Translations under genes and position numbers: made by a program
The notes under the pieces: generated by a model
The model's database searches: none
The model's input: only the letters and a program-made list of their open reading frames with translations
What the model was told of the DNA's origin: nothing
Source of the DNA: an uncultured Candidatus Saccharibacteria bacterium
Lineage (GTDB): Bacteria; Patescibacteriota; Minisyncoccia; Phycocordibacterales; UBA9973
Direction of reading: 5' to 3'
Assembly (NCBI GenBank): GCA_964625065.1
Contig: CAZUZL010000004.1
Coordinates: 11,040 to 75,039, forward strand
DNA: 64,000 bases
Shown: positions 48,026 through 57,249 of the stretch, in pieces
How the letters are laid out: every line of letters starts with the position of its first letter
Numbering within the stretch: position 1 is the first letter of the stretch

Positions 48026-49741
48026 TTATCTATCCGGTGGGATTTCGTAATAGTGTATAAGGTATTTAGAGAATTCCAAAAATGGGGGTATCAATGTTTG
48101 TGATGCATACTGTGCACCCTTCGGGTCGCGTATGAAGAAATACGTTACAAAACGTGGGTTTGATACTGGAAAGTAAGAGAAAAACGAATGCATGTGTTTG
48201 TCTGGGTAGTAGCCCTGACCGTTTGGCATAGCCACCTGTGCTGTACCAGTTTTAGCGGCAACAGTATAATGTTCGTATTTTATTTTACCGCCACCATATG
48301 CCACATCGAAAACATGGGTTAACATTGTGCCGATAGTTTTTGTAGTTTCAGTTTTTAAAACTTGTGCACCCAGTGGATAGTCTATAGGTGTGTAGCCGGT
48401 TAGTTCCTTGTCTATACCTGCCACTACGTGTGGTTGCACCATATAGCCACCGTTGGCCAGTGTACCCCATGCACGCACCGCCTCTATAGGTGTAACGGCT
48501 ATACCCTGCCCGAACGCCGCTGTTGCATAGGCAACTTCATCTTTAGCCTTAAGGTTTGAAACAAGTCCAGACAGTTCACCTGGTAAACCTAAATTAGTCT
48601 TTTCACCCAAACCGTACGACAACATATATTTTCGGAAATTGTCATGTCCAAGTTTGTTTTCTACGAAAACCATACCAGTGTTTAACGACTGGTCTAGTAC
48701 TGTTTGCATTGTAGCAATACCACGACCCTTCTTATCGAAGTTGTTTATAGTTTTACCACTGATAGTTAACGAACCTGTGTAGTCTGTATATGTAGAATCT
48801 GGTGTTAGTAGACCCATGTCTATAGCAGCTGCCATAACCAAAGGTTTAACAACAGAACCTATTTCATAAACACGTTCAGTGTTTGGGTTTAGGAATACAC
48901 TTGGGTCCTTAACTTTGCCGTATTCGTTCGGGTCAAACATAGGGTCGCCAGCCATAGCTATAATACTACCGTCGCGTGGGTCCATAACTATACCACCGGC
49001 TATTTCACCGCTCCATTTTTCGCGGACTGCTGTCATGGTTTTTTCTAGCTCTGCCTGAACTGAAGGTTCTATAGTTAGAACTACGTCGCCTTCGTCTACA
49101 GTGTTTTTAAAAACTGTGTCGTTTATGTCGCCAAAAACTTCTGCAAAAAAGTTTACATTTACTTCGTCAGCTTTACGTGACAGTGTTGCATTAAAAGAAT
49201 TTTCAAGTCCAGCACGCCCAACAAGTTTGTCTTTGTCGTCAAAACCAACAAAACCTAAAGTCTGTGACGCAATAGCCCCACCTGGGTAAAAACGCCATTT
49301 TTCTTTGTACAATGCTACACCAGGCAGGTCTGCATCGCGTAGTGCTTTTGCTTGTTCGTCTGTAAGTCTGTTTACTATTTCTTCGTATGGGTCTGTAGTT
49401 TTAGCTACTTTTTTATCAAAATCTGCGCGGTCTATTGGTACTACTTCATTTATTTTTGTATATACCAATTCTGGGTCTGTAACTTGGCGTGGTGTTATAG
49501 CCAGCTTGTAGCCCAACTGCATTGTAGCAGCGGTAACTCGTTCACCTTCCTTTGTTGTAAAAAACACACTGCCTCTGTCAAAAACATTACCAGACGGAGA
49601 CATAAACTGCCTGTCAGCACGGTCGGCATACGAATCGTGGTGCAGAACTTGAACATAAAAAAGGCGTACGATAATACATACACCAACAAACAGGAAAAAA
49701 CCCGCTATTACATATATTCTTTTAGATTTATTCGTTTGCAT
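48026..49741 (-). CDS. ftsI: Division transpeptidase FtsI (PBP3)
   Basis: GSVVK (SxxK), SLN, KTGTAQ; last gene of the mraZ-rsmH-ftsL block. Confidence 0.88.
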   Translation of the reverse strand: MQTNKSKRIYVIAGFFLFVGVCIIVRLFYVQVLHHDSYADRADRQFMSPSGNVFDRGSVFFTTKEGERVTAATMQLGYKLAITPRQVTDPELVYTKINEVVPIDRADFDKKVAKTTDPYEEIVNRLTDEQAKALRDADLPGVALYKEKWRFYPGGAIASQTLGFVGFDDKDKLVGRAGLENSFNATLSRKADEVNVNFFAEVFGDINDTVFKNTVDEGDVVLTIEPSVQAELEKTMTAVREKWSGEIAGGIVMDPRDGSIIAMAGDPMFDPNEYGKVKDPSVFLNPNTERVYEIGSVVKPLVMAAAIDMGLLTPDSTYTDYTGSLTISGKTINNFDKKGRGIATMQTVLDQSLNTGMVFVENKLGHDNFRKYMLSYGLGEKTNLGLPGELSGLVSNLKAKDEVAYATAAFGQGIAVTPIEAVRAWGTLANGGYMVQPHVVAGIDKELTGYTPIDYPLGAQVLKTETTKTIGTMLTHVFDVAYGGGKIKYEHYTVAAKTGTAQVAMPNGQGYYPDKHMHSFFSYFPVSNPRFVTYFFIRDPKGAQYASQTLIPPFLEFSKYLIHYYEIPPDR

Positions 49742-50060
49742 GGCCGGCAAATGCAACTGGCAATGGGGTGCGGTCTACATATGCAACATGTCCGACCGGT
49801 ACAAAACCATTAGCTGTTGCATAGACGTAGTCGTATTGTTTGGTCAAACTTAAGTATGTTAGTTGTAGTTGTCCAACATGACTTAGGTTTGTTTTTAAAG
49901 CTGTTTCTAGACCGCGGCGTTCTACAACGTTGAATGTTATAGCACTAATAAAATATACATATAAACCTATCATCAACAAACACAATGTACCGACGACTTT
50001 ATACACCTGTTTACCAGATGCATGCATGTTTATTTGTTGTTGAACTTGTTTATATGACAT
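49728..50060 (-). CDS. FtsL-like protein
   Basis: TM plus coiled coil, positioned between rsmH and ftsI. Confidence 0.65.
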   Translation of the reverse strand: MSYKQVQQQINMHASGKQVYKVVGTLCLLMIGLYVYFISAITFNVVERRGLETALKTNLSHVGQLQLTYLSLTKQYDYVYATANGFVPVGHVAYVDRTPLPVAFAGHANE

Positions 50061-50061
50061 T

Positions 50062-50940
50062 TTATTTTTCTATTATGCGAAGCTTGGCACTTCGACTCCG
50101 TGGGTTACTGCTAATTTCAGTATCGGTTGGAGTTATTGGTTTTTTAGTAATAATTTTCGCACCCTCTTCTTTTTTTGTATTAAAAAATTGTTTTACTATT
50201 CTGTCTTCTAATGAATGAAACGATATGCATGCTATGCGTCCGCCTGGGGCTAATACATTCCACGCTGCAGTTAAACCTTCGTTTATGTTGTCTAGTTCCT
50301 GGTTTACGGCTATGCGTATTGCTTGGAAGGTTCTAGTTGCGGGGTTTATCTTGCCGTTTCTGTATGAAGCCGGTACCGAGCCACGTATTATGTCTACTAG
50401 TTGCGTAGTGCGTGTTATTGGTTCTATAGCGCGTGCGGCAACGATGGCCTTAGCTATACGACGAGAATAACGTTCTTCGCCGAAACCATAGATGATAGTT
50501 GCTAGTGTTTCTTCGGCCCAGGTGTTTACTACGACCATTGCTGTAACACCGTCTTTGTTATGTTCCATTGTCATTAGTAGTGGTTCGTCTTTTGCAAAAG
50601 AAAACCCACGACCACTGGTGTCTATCTGTGGAGACGACAAACCAAAATCGAATAGTACACGGTTTACTTGATCTATTCCCTTAGTCTTTAATAAAGTTTC
50701 TAAGTTGCGGAATTCACCAAGTAAAAATGTTGCTTTGTAACCTTTGTTTTTAAAAAGAACTTCGGTACGGTCTAGGGCCGCTTGATCGCGGTCGATACCA
50801 ATAACCGATACTGTTGGGTAGCGCCCACACACACTGGCGCTGTGCCCGCCGGAACCCAGTGTTCCGTCGAGGAATGTGTCGCCGGGTTTAATGTCTAACC
50901 CATTGATACTTTCCTCTAATAAAACTGAAATGTGGTCCAT
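50062..50940 (-). CDS. rsmH: 16S rRNA m4C1402 methyltransferase RsmH
   Basis: HISVLLEE, DGTLGSGGHS, FQAIRIAVNQEL, SFHSLEDR, NPRSRSAKLR. Confidence 0.97.
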   Translation of the reverse strand: MDHISVLLEESINGLDIKPGDTFLDGTLGSGGHSASVCGRYPTVSVIGIDRDQAALDRTEVLFKNKGYKATFLLGEFRNLETLLKTKGIDQVNRVLFDFGLSSPQIDTSGRGFSFAKDEPLLMTMEHNKDGVTAMVVVNTWAEETLATIIYGFGEERYSRRIAKAIVAARAIEPITRTTQLVDIIRGSVPASYRNGKINPATRTFQAIRIAVNQELDNINEGLTAAWNVLAPGGRIACISFHSLEDRIVKQFFNTKKEEGAKIITKKPITPTDTEISSNPRSRSAKLRIIEK

Positions 50941-51374
50941 TACAGAACTCCGACTGAACCAAGCTTTTCAGCTAAGGTGTCGGCTGATTGTTCGACTTTG
51001 CCTTTATAAGAATTCCACGTAGCCTCATTCCAAACTTCGAGACGGTTACCAAGGCCGATAAAAGCAACTTTGTTGCCCAAACCTGCACGTACTTTCAAAT
51101 GCTCTGGAATAAGGATACGACCACTAGCATCTACAGGTAGCATTTCTGCTGCGCCGAACATGTAGCGGTTAAAACTTCGATTGTCTGCTTGCAAAAACGA
51201 ACGTTCTAATAATGTTGCTGAAATAGTTTTCCATTCAGACACAGTAAAGATAAAGAGACATTGGTCGAGGCCTCCGGTAATAACCACTTCTTTACCTAAA
51301 AACTTTTTAAATTTTGCAGGTAATGAAATACGATTTTTATCGTCTAGTGTATGAATGTGTTCGCCGATCAGCAT
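50940..51374 (-). CDS. mraZ: Transcriptional regulator MraZ
   Basis: GEHIHTLDDKNRISLP, DASGRILIP, RLEVW. Confidence 0.96.
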   Translation of the reverse strand: MLIGEHIHTLDDKNRISLPAKFKKFLGKEVVITGGLDQCLFIFTVSEWKTISATLLERSFLQADNRSFNRYMFGAAEMLPVDASGRILIPEHLKVRAGLGNKVAFIGLGNRLEVWNEATWNSYKGKVEQSADTLAEKLGSVGVL

Positions 51375-51427
51375 AATATATCGGTGTTATAAGGGTTTAA
51401 AAAGTTTTTATGCCACAAACTTTGTAT

Positions 51428-51472
51428 ACCACTTCGTCCCACCTTACCCCATTTTACACCACTTTGTACCAC
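51428..51472 (-). promoter_or_regulatory. MraZ operator: five GTGG(G/T)-like boxes at 10-bp period
   Basis: Minus strand GTGGT-acaaa-GTGGT-gtaaa-ATGGG-gtaag-GTGGG-acgaa-GTGGT upstream of mraZ. Confidence 0.85.
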
Positions 51473-51566
51473 ACCGCAAATGGTGTAAATGCCCTATCTG
51501 TGGATAAGTACTGGCATTTTAAACCACATTTGTTATAGTTGTGTAAACCCCTTAATTAGTTTTATT

Positions 51567-51869
51567 ATGGAACACGAATTACATGAAAAATCAAAAGGAA
51601 TCAAGTACCTACTAACAGAAATTGCTGCGGAACTTCTTAAAAAAGATCCTAATCTAAAAATAAAAATAAATTTTGCACCCGTAGAGCCTGTCGTGTCTAT
51701 GTTCGAAAAAGAAACACGTGAAGAGAGCGAGGTTCGACTCAATGAATTTCACAAATCATCTATTGCAAAAAATGTTGACAAGACGGAGTATTATGAATTT
51801 TCAGGAATGCCTTTTGGTATACCCTTAAATTCTTTGGAATTTCCAAAACACAATTTCGTTAAACTTTAG
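51567..51869 (+). CDS. Hypothetical protein
   Basis: 100-aa ORF followed by a terminator hairpin. Confidence 0.55.
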   Translation: MEHELHEKSKGIKYLLTEIAAELLKKDPNLKIKINFAPVEPVVSMFEKETREESEVRLNEFHKSSIAKNVDKTEYYEFSGMPFGIPLNSLEFPKHNFVKL

Positions 51870-51924
51870 AATCAAAAGCCCTGCATGTTAGAATGCAGGG
51901 CCTTTTTAATTTTGTTTTTTCAAG

Positions 51925-52023
51925 TTCCCTCTCCTTACCAAGGAGAGGGCTAGGGAGAGGTTCAGATCTAGCTAGGTCAACCTCTTCCGCCTTCGGCACC
52001 TTCTCCTTGGTAATGAGAAGGGC
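51925..52023. repeat. Inverted pair of REP-like hairpins downstream of lysS
   Basis: ccctctcctt-acc-aaggagaggg..agaggtt / aacctct..ccttctccttggtaatgagaaggg. Confidence 0.75.
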
Positions 52024-52035
52024 AACAACCACCTT

Positions 52036-53514
52036 TTAATTCTTCGGTCGCATTATCGGGAAGAAAACAGTATCACGTATATTTTTCTGGTCTGTCATTA
52101 TGGCAACTAGTCTGTCTATACCCATACCGAACCCTGTCATAGGTGGCATGCCGTACTCCATAGCAGTTAGGAAACGTTCGTCGACTTGCATCGCCTCTTC
52201 GTCGCCAGCGTCCTTAGCCTTGGCTTGGGCTTCTAGTAAACTACGTTGTACTATAGGGTTTACAAGTTCGGCGTATTGGTTAGTTATTTCCGCACCACCT
52301 ATTATCAGTTGTGCTACACGGGCAGTACCGTCGGCATTTTGCTGTGCTAGTGGCTTTAAGTCTGCTGGGTAGTCTAGTACAAATGTAGGGTGCACAAGTT
52401 TACCACGAGCAGTTTTTTTATAAATATGGTCTAGCAAATTACCACGTCCAGTTTTTTCAGCTTCAGTTTTATCTAACCCAAGTTCTATTGCCTTGGCACG
52501 CACGTCGTCTAGCGTAGCGTTCATATCAAAATCTGCATATTGTTTTAACAAATCTGCAAAACGTACACGTGGCCATTCTTTACTAAAGTCTACATCTATA
52601 TCGGCACCTTCTTTGTCGTAAACAGTAAATACGTTTTTACCAACAACATCAGTTGCTATACCGCGTAGCATTTGTTCGGTCCATAACATATTTGTTTCCA
52701 AAGATTCGTATGCAGCGTACCATTCTATCATGCTAAATTCCTGCATATGTGTTGGGTCGGTACCTTCGTTACGAAAGTTTTTACCTATTTCATATACACG
52801 TGGGTAACCACCGACCATAAGCATTTTATGTTCTAGTTCCAATGCAATACGTAGCACCATAGGCATGTCGTAGTCGTTGTGGTGTGTGTTAAAAGTACGT
52901 GCCATTGCCCCACCGGCCTGGTTTTGCAATACAGGTGTTTCTATTTCTAAAAAGTCTTTTGTATTAAAAAAGTTTCTAATATAGGTAACCATTTTTGAAC
53001 GGACTATAAAACGGTTTCTGGTTTCTTCGTTCATTAGTATGTCTAGGTAACGTTTACGCTGAGTTTCTTCTACATCCTGTATACCGTTCCATTTGTCTGG
53101 CAATGCTAATAAACTTTTTGTAAGTATTTTCCAACTTGTAACTAACAACGAGTTCTGCCCTGCCTTGGTAACAAACAAGTTGCCTGTAACTTGGATAAAG
53201 TCACCTATATCTGCCGCATCTGTAAATAAAGCAAAAAGTTTTTCATCTATGTCGTCTTTTTTGAAAACAACTTGGAATTTTTCTGTACCGTCAAACAGTG
53301 TTACAAACAGTATTGCACCCTGTCCACGAATAGACATTATACGGCCAGCCAGAGATATTTCCCCGCCTTTTGTTTTCAGTGTTTCAAACTGTTTTGTAAG
53401 TTCTGCCAATGTGTAGTCGTGCTCGACATCACCCGCATATGGGGCCATGCCAGCGTCGACTAGTAATTGCATTTTCTGCATGCGCACAGCGCGAAGTTCT
53501 TCATAAGTAGCCAT
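52036..53514 (-). CDS. lysS: Lysine--tRNA ligase (class II)
   Basis: AGRIMSIR, RKRYLD, EIETPVL, FRNEG, YGMPPMTGFGMGIDRL. Confidence 0.97.
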   Translation of the reverse strand: MATYEELRAVRMQKMQLLVDAGMAPYAGDVEHDYTLAELTKQFETLKTKGGEISLAGRIMSIRGQGAILFVTLFDGTEKFQVVFKKDDIDEKLFALFTDAADIGDFIQVTGNLFVTKAGQNSLLVTSWKILTKSLLALPDKWNGIQDVEETQRKRYLDILMNEETRNRFIVRSKMVTYIRNFFNTKDFLEIETPVLQNQAGGAMARTFNTHHNDYDMPMVLRIALELEHKMLMVGGYPRVYEIGKNFRNEGTDPTHMQEFSMIEWYAAYESLETNMLWTEQMLRGIATDVVGKNVFTVYDKEGADIDVDFSKEWPRVRFADLLKQYADFDMNATLDDVRAKAIELGLDKTEAEKTGRGNLLDHIYKKTARGKLVHPTFVLDYPADLKPLAQQNADGTARVAQLIIGGAEITNQYAELVNPIVQRSLLEAQAKAKDAGDEEAMQVDERFLTAMEYGMPPMTGFGMGIDRLVAIMTDQKNIRDTVFFPIMRPKN

Positions 53515-53633
53515 CCCGTTAGAAGCAGGTCGCGGTCAACAGATCGCTATTTGCTTGATTATTTTTGTAAGTTATATTTGTGTATATTTTTTATAATAAA
53601 TCTCCGTTACTGCGACCGCGGCTTCTAACGGGA
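53515..53633. repeat. Long-stem palindromic element (TCCCGTTAGAAGC...GCTTCTAACGGGA) directly before the lysS start
   Basis: Inverted arms cccgttagaagc-aggtcgcggt / actgcgacc-gcggcttctaacggg around an AT-rich spacer. Confidence 0.8.
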
Positions 53634-53704
53634 CCATAACATGCATTATAGGCTAAAAACGTTATTATGCCAATATAAAACCCCTGTAACAGGGGTTTTA
53701 GTAT

Positions 53705-54664
53705 TTAGTTAGGACAGTCTGCGTTATATTCTGGTGCGTATACTATAGTTGCATATGCAGTCAAGTTTTGACTGTCTGTAATTCTGGCTGTAACTGTATA
53801 TTTAGGTACAGAATTTATGTTGTTTTTATAACCTTGTACATTTAGTGGGTCTGAAATATAGTATGTCCCTAACGACGATGTTGTACTGGTATTAAAACTA
53901 CTTACAACTGTCCATTCTATTTTTATTGTACCTATACCACCTGTCCATGCCACAGAAGGTTCGTGTTTTTTAGTACAGTACAATGAACTACCAGGTCCGT
54001 TAACGGGTGTTGTGTGGTCTGTTATGGTTACGTTGTTTGGTCCGTCTGTTTTGTAACAGTAACCCAAGTTTTGTGCAGTACTGTTTGTTGTTGGGTTTAG
54101 TTTACCACAGCGTATCTGAACATCGGTACCAGTTGCGTCCTGTCTGTAGTATGTCATAAGTGACGGACCAAATTCGCCACTATTTGGGCAAACGCGACTG
54201 GCAGGGTTTAATGTTTGTGCTGCACGTATAGTACAGTAGTCGCCCATACCTATGTTTGTATTACCAGTTAGCTGTAGGTTGTATCTTATGTCTGGGTAGT
54301 TTGTTGCAGTTAATGTTGGTTCACCTATATCTAGGAAGCCTTTGAACCACGAATACCCAGATACTACACGAAAGTCGCCAGTGTTTGCAGATGTGCCTAC
54401 GTTTACAGAACCACCAGATTCTACATTGGTTCTAGATATTAGGTAGCCTTTATAGTTTGTACTATTTAAAGTATAACCTATACTACCGAACTGACTTGTT
54501 TTAACTTGGTTGTCGTCGCCACGGTTTACTATAACAGATGGGTTACAACTGGTATCACCAGCTGTACATGTCGGGTCGCTCCATGCGGCACTAACCAACA
54601 TAGCAGTACCGGCTACACATATAGCCAGCACCAACGGCGCAATAACTTGTTTAAAGTTTTTCAT
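53705..54664 (-). CDS. Secreted Cys-rich protein, MKNFKQ paralog 1
   Basis: Signal peptide, AWSDPTC..CN..VNRG..QVK, TNIGMGDYCT. Confidence 0.75.
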   Translation of the reverse strand: MKNFKQVIAPLVLAICVAGTAMLVSAAWSDPTCTAGDTSCNPSVIVNRGDDNQVKTSQFGSIGYTLNSTNYKGYLISRTNVESGGSVNVGTSANTGDFRVVSGYSWFKGFLDIGEPTLTATNYPDIRYNLQLTGNTNIGMGDYCTIRAAQTLNPASRVCPNSGEFGPSLMTYYRQDATGTDVQIRCGKLNPTTNSTAQNLGYCYKTDGPNNVTITDHTTPVNGPGSSLYCTKKHEPSVAWTGGIGTIKIEWTVVSSFNTSTTSSLGTYYISDPLNVQGYKNNINSVPKYTVTARITDSQNLTAYATIVYAPEYNADCPN

Positions 54665-54746
54665 ATGTACATTATACCCCGTAGTTAAGCTTTTACCAAT
54701 AGTAATATGTGAAAAATTATATTTTTGGAATCTTAATACGGATCAG

Positions 54747-54790
54747 GCCGGGTAAATAAGGACATTACCCGGCACGATTCTGCAGAATCG
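54747..54790 (+). repeat. Two-hairpin dispersed element copy
   Basis: gccgggtaa-ataaggaca-ttacccggc-acgattctgcagaatcg. Confidence 0.65.
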
Positions 54791-54835
54791 CAAATAAAAA
54801 ACGCCCTTCAGTTAAACTGAAGGGTCGTTAATTGT

Positions 54836-56158
54836 TTACCGAACGATGATTTTCTTAATTGTATAAGTTTTTTCGTTACGGATTTGTAGAACATAAGCAC
54901 CAGCCGGGAAATTAAATTCCACAACGTCACCATCTAATTTTCTTTCCATCAGCACAGACCCTTTAAGGTCAGTTACTGTAAGCACCGATCCGACGTAGTC
55001 GTTAGGCACTTGGAGAGAATATGTAGAAGGCATAGGGTTAGGAATATTCAAAGCCGAAGCATTTTTATATCCGTTAATCCCGTTGGCTTTCGCTTGCAAT
55101 CTTCTTCCTTGAGTTCCGTAGAAAACAAGGTAATCTTTGGTAGCTGCCATTTTACCGACATCAAACAATGATGCATCGGCAATGGCGTTCAGACCAATTA
55201 ATTCGTCGTTTACAGTGTTGTATTCGACAAAGTAGTTAGCTTGGATCTCCTCGTTTGTTCCGCATTTTTTGATAATGTCAGAACTTGCTAGATAGCATTT
55301 TCCTTTGAAAAAACATGCATTGGAAACACCAATGAATTTTTCCTCAAAGTTACCGGTTACTTCATTGTATTTATACAATGTATAATCATAGTAACCAGAA
55401 AAGCAATTTAACAATAACGTATTACCGTCAGTAGCCAAGTCATTGAAAAACAAAGACTTATTAACGACTGGGTATGACAAAACTTTTGTAATTAAGTCAT
55501 AGCACAACACAGATTTGTCGATTCTACCTTCTTTGGTAGAATTTACACCGAAAAACAATTTGTTTTTAAATGGTACAATTTTTTCAATTGACCATTCTTG
55601 TTCTGGTGGAAACAAAGGTGTGATGCTGCCCGTAACCATGTCGTAGATTAGTGCAAACTTTGGAGTATTGGTTTTGCCTTCGATAGAATCGAAGTTGCCA
55701 TACACACAGACTTTAGATTGATCTGCCCATAGGTTGGCCATACGTAGGTCTGCACCTTCTCTAGGAAATGAAGTGTGAGCTTTAAAAATAAAGTATGCAC
55801 TTCCAAATTCGTCGATAAGGTAAAGACTCGAACCATCTCTAGTCAGGTGTTTACGCTGATATGAACCAGCGATAGCACTTGGGTCGTTGAGGTTAAGAAC
55901 TGTTTTAGTTACCACACCTGTTTGGGCGTTTCTACTAATTAATGTTTTTTGACCAACAGCCCAAATAACATTGGTTGTTGTGTCAAAATACTCAGTTCCG
56001 CTAATTTCATTAGTTAACCCACCAAATGTTACAATTTCGTAACCTTTATTTTGGGATAGATTTGTGGCTTGCGCTTTGGTTGTCATGTTTCCTACAAACA
56101 TGACCAACATTGTTGTTAGAATGAACTGTAGGAGTCCATTTTTGTTTGTAAGATTCAT
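54836..56158 (-). CDS. Secreted protein with T9SS type A sorting (CTD)-like C-terminus
   Basis: C-terminus IPNP..LTVTDLKG..FPAGAYVLQI..KKIIVR; signal ending KA-Q. Confidence 0.75.
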   Translation of the reverse strand: MNLTNKNGLLQFILTTMLVMFVGNMTTKAQATNLSQNKGYEIVTFGGLTNEISGTEYFDTTTNVIWAVGQKTLISRNAQTGVVTKTVLNLNDPSAIAGSYQRKHLTRDGSSLYLIDEFGSAYFIFKAHTSFPREGADLRMANLWADQSKVCVYGNFDSIEGKTNTPKFALIYDMVTGSITPLFPPEQEWSIEKIVPFKNKLFFGVNSTKEGRIDKSVLCYDLITKVLSYPVVNKSLFFNDLATDGNTLLLNCFSGYYDYTLYKYNEVTGNFEEKFIGVSNACFFKGKCYLASSDIIKKCGTNEEIQANYFVEYNTVNDELIGLNAIADASLFDVGKMAATKDYLVFYGTQGRRLQAKANGINGYKNASALNIPNPMPSTYSLQVPNDYVGSVLTVTDLKGSVLMERKLDGDVVEFNFPAGAYVLQIRNEKTYTIKKIIVR

Positions 56159-56301
56159 GAATAAATTGTGAAGAACGTTAGTGTCCTATCTGTAGGTATT
56201 ATACCATTTCTATAAAAAACAAGCAATACACCTGTGGATAACAGGTGTATTGGTATAATGTATTATTTTATAAGGCTTTAAAAGCTAAATATTAATTTAT
56301 T

Positions 56302-57231
56302 TTACTTTGTCCAGCCACTACTGATCTGTTCCCCACTGCCTGAAATTGTAAGGTTTGCTCTATACATAATGTCGCCCCCGTTTAGGTTTGTACAGTCGTA
56401 TTGTCCAGAACCTGCAGTTGTAGTACCAAAAGTTGTACTAGTTGTACCCGAACCAGTTGTTTTAGTTTCGTAATTTGTAATGGTACCAGCTGTTGTGTTA
56501 GGTGGGTATGTAGTGTTTGCCCATTTACTGATGCTGATAGAAACATTACTTGGTGCATTGTATACAGTTACCGTGTACTGACAGTAACCAACACCACTAC
56601 CAGCAGCGTCGTATGTACGTGCCATACCTACGTTTAGTGACAAGATGTTTGTAAGGCAAGACCCCAAGTTTGCTGGGTTGTCAGACGGGTTTATAAATGT
56701 GCACGCTACCTGTGGCACATTACCATTAGCCCAGTTTGGGTTTATCTGTGATACAAAAGACCCCGGTGGGCAACCCTGTCCACCGTTTAGGTCCTGGTTT
56801 GTTAATGTACAAAAGTCGCCTTTACCCAGATTTGTAGTTGAACCTGGTTTTAATGTCAAAGTATATACAGGTGTTGGTGGTGTTGTTGATACTATTGCAG
56901 AAACTGGGATATTTTGGCCAATATAAACCTTGCCTTTAGTCCAAGCTTGACCAAGTAAAACTCGCAAGCCAGTTTTTTTAGGCTCAATACTTGTATCTGT
57001 ACCAACATAGAAACCATCTCTGGCTTCTATGTCACCCGTTGCACCAAAAAATTTTGCTTCCAATGCACCGTTTTTTAGCTGGCCAGTACTACCGGTGTTA
57101 ACTGTATTTTCTACATTACAACCAGGTGGCGTACAACTGTTCGGTGCCTGTGTTGTGTTTGCTAAAACTACACCACCTATTACAAACATACATACTACTA
57201 GTGCTGGTATTAATTGTTTAAAGTTTTTCAT
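56302..57231 (-). CDS. Secreted Cys-rich protein, MKNFKQ paralog 2
   Basis: APNSCTPPGCNVENTVNTG..QLKNGAL, TNLGKGDFCT. Confidence 0.75.
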   Translation of the reverse strand: MKNFKQLIPALVVCMFVIGGVVLANTTQAPNSCTPPGCNVENTVNTGSTGQLKNGALEAKFFGATGDIEARDGFYVGTDTSIEPKKTGLRVLLGQAWTKGKVYIGQNIPVSAIVSTTPPTPVYTLTLKPGSTTNLGKGDFCTLTNQDLNGGQGCPPGSFVSQINPNWANGNVPQVACTFINPSDNPANLGSCLTNILSLNVGMARTYDAAGSGVGYCQYTVTVYNAPSNVSISISKWANTTYPPNTTAGTITNYETKTTGSGTTSTTFGTTTAGSGQYDCTNLNGGDIMYRANLTISGSGEQISSGWTK

Positions 57232-57249
57232 ATATAAAATTTAGTATTA

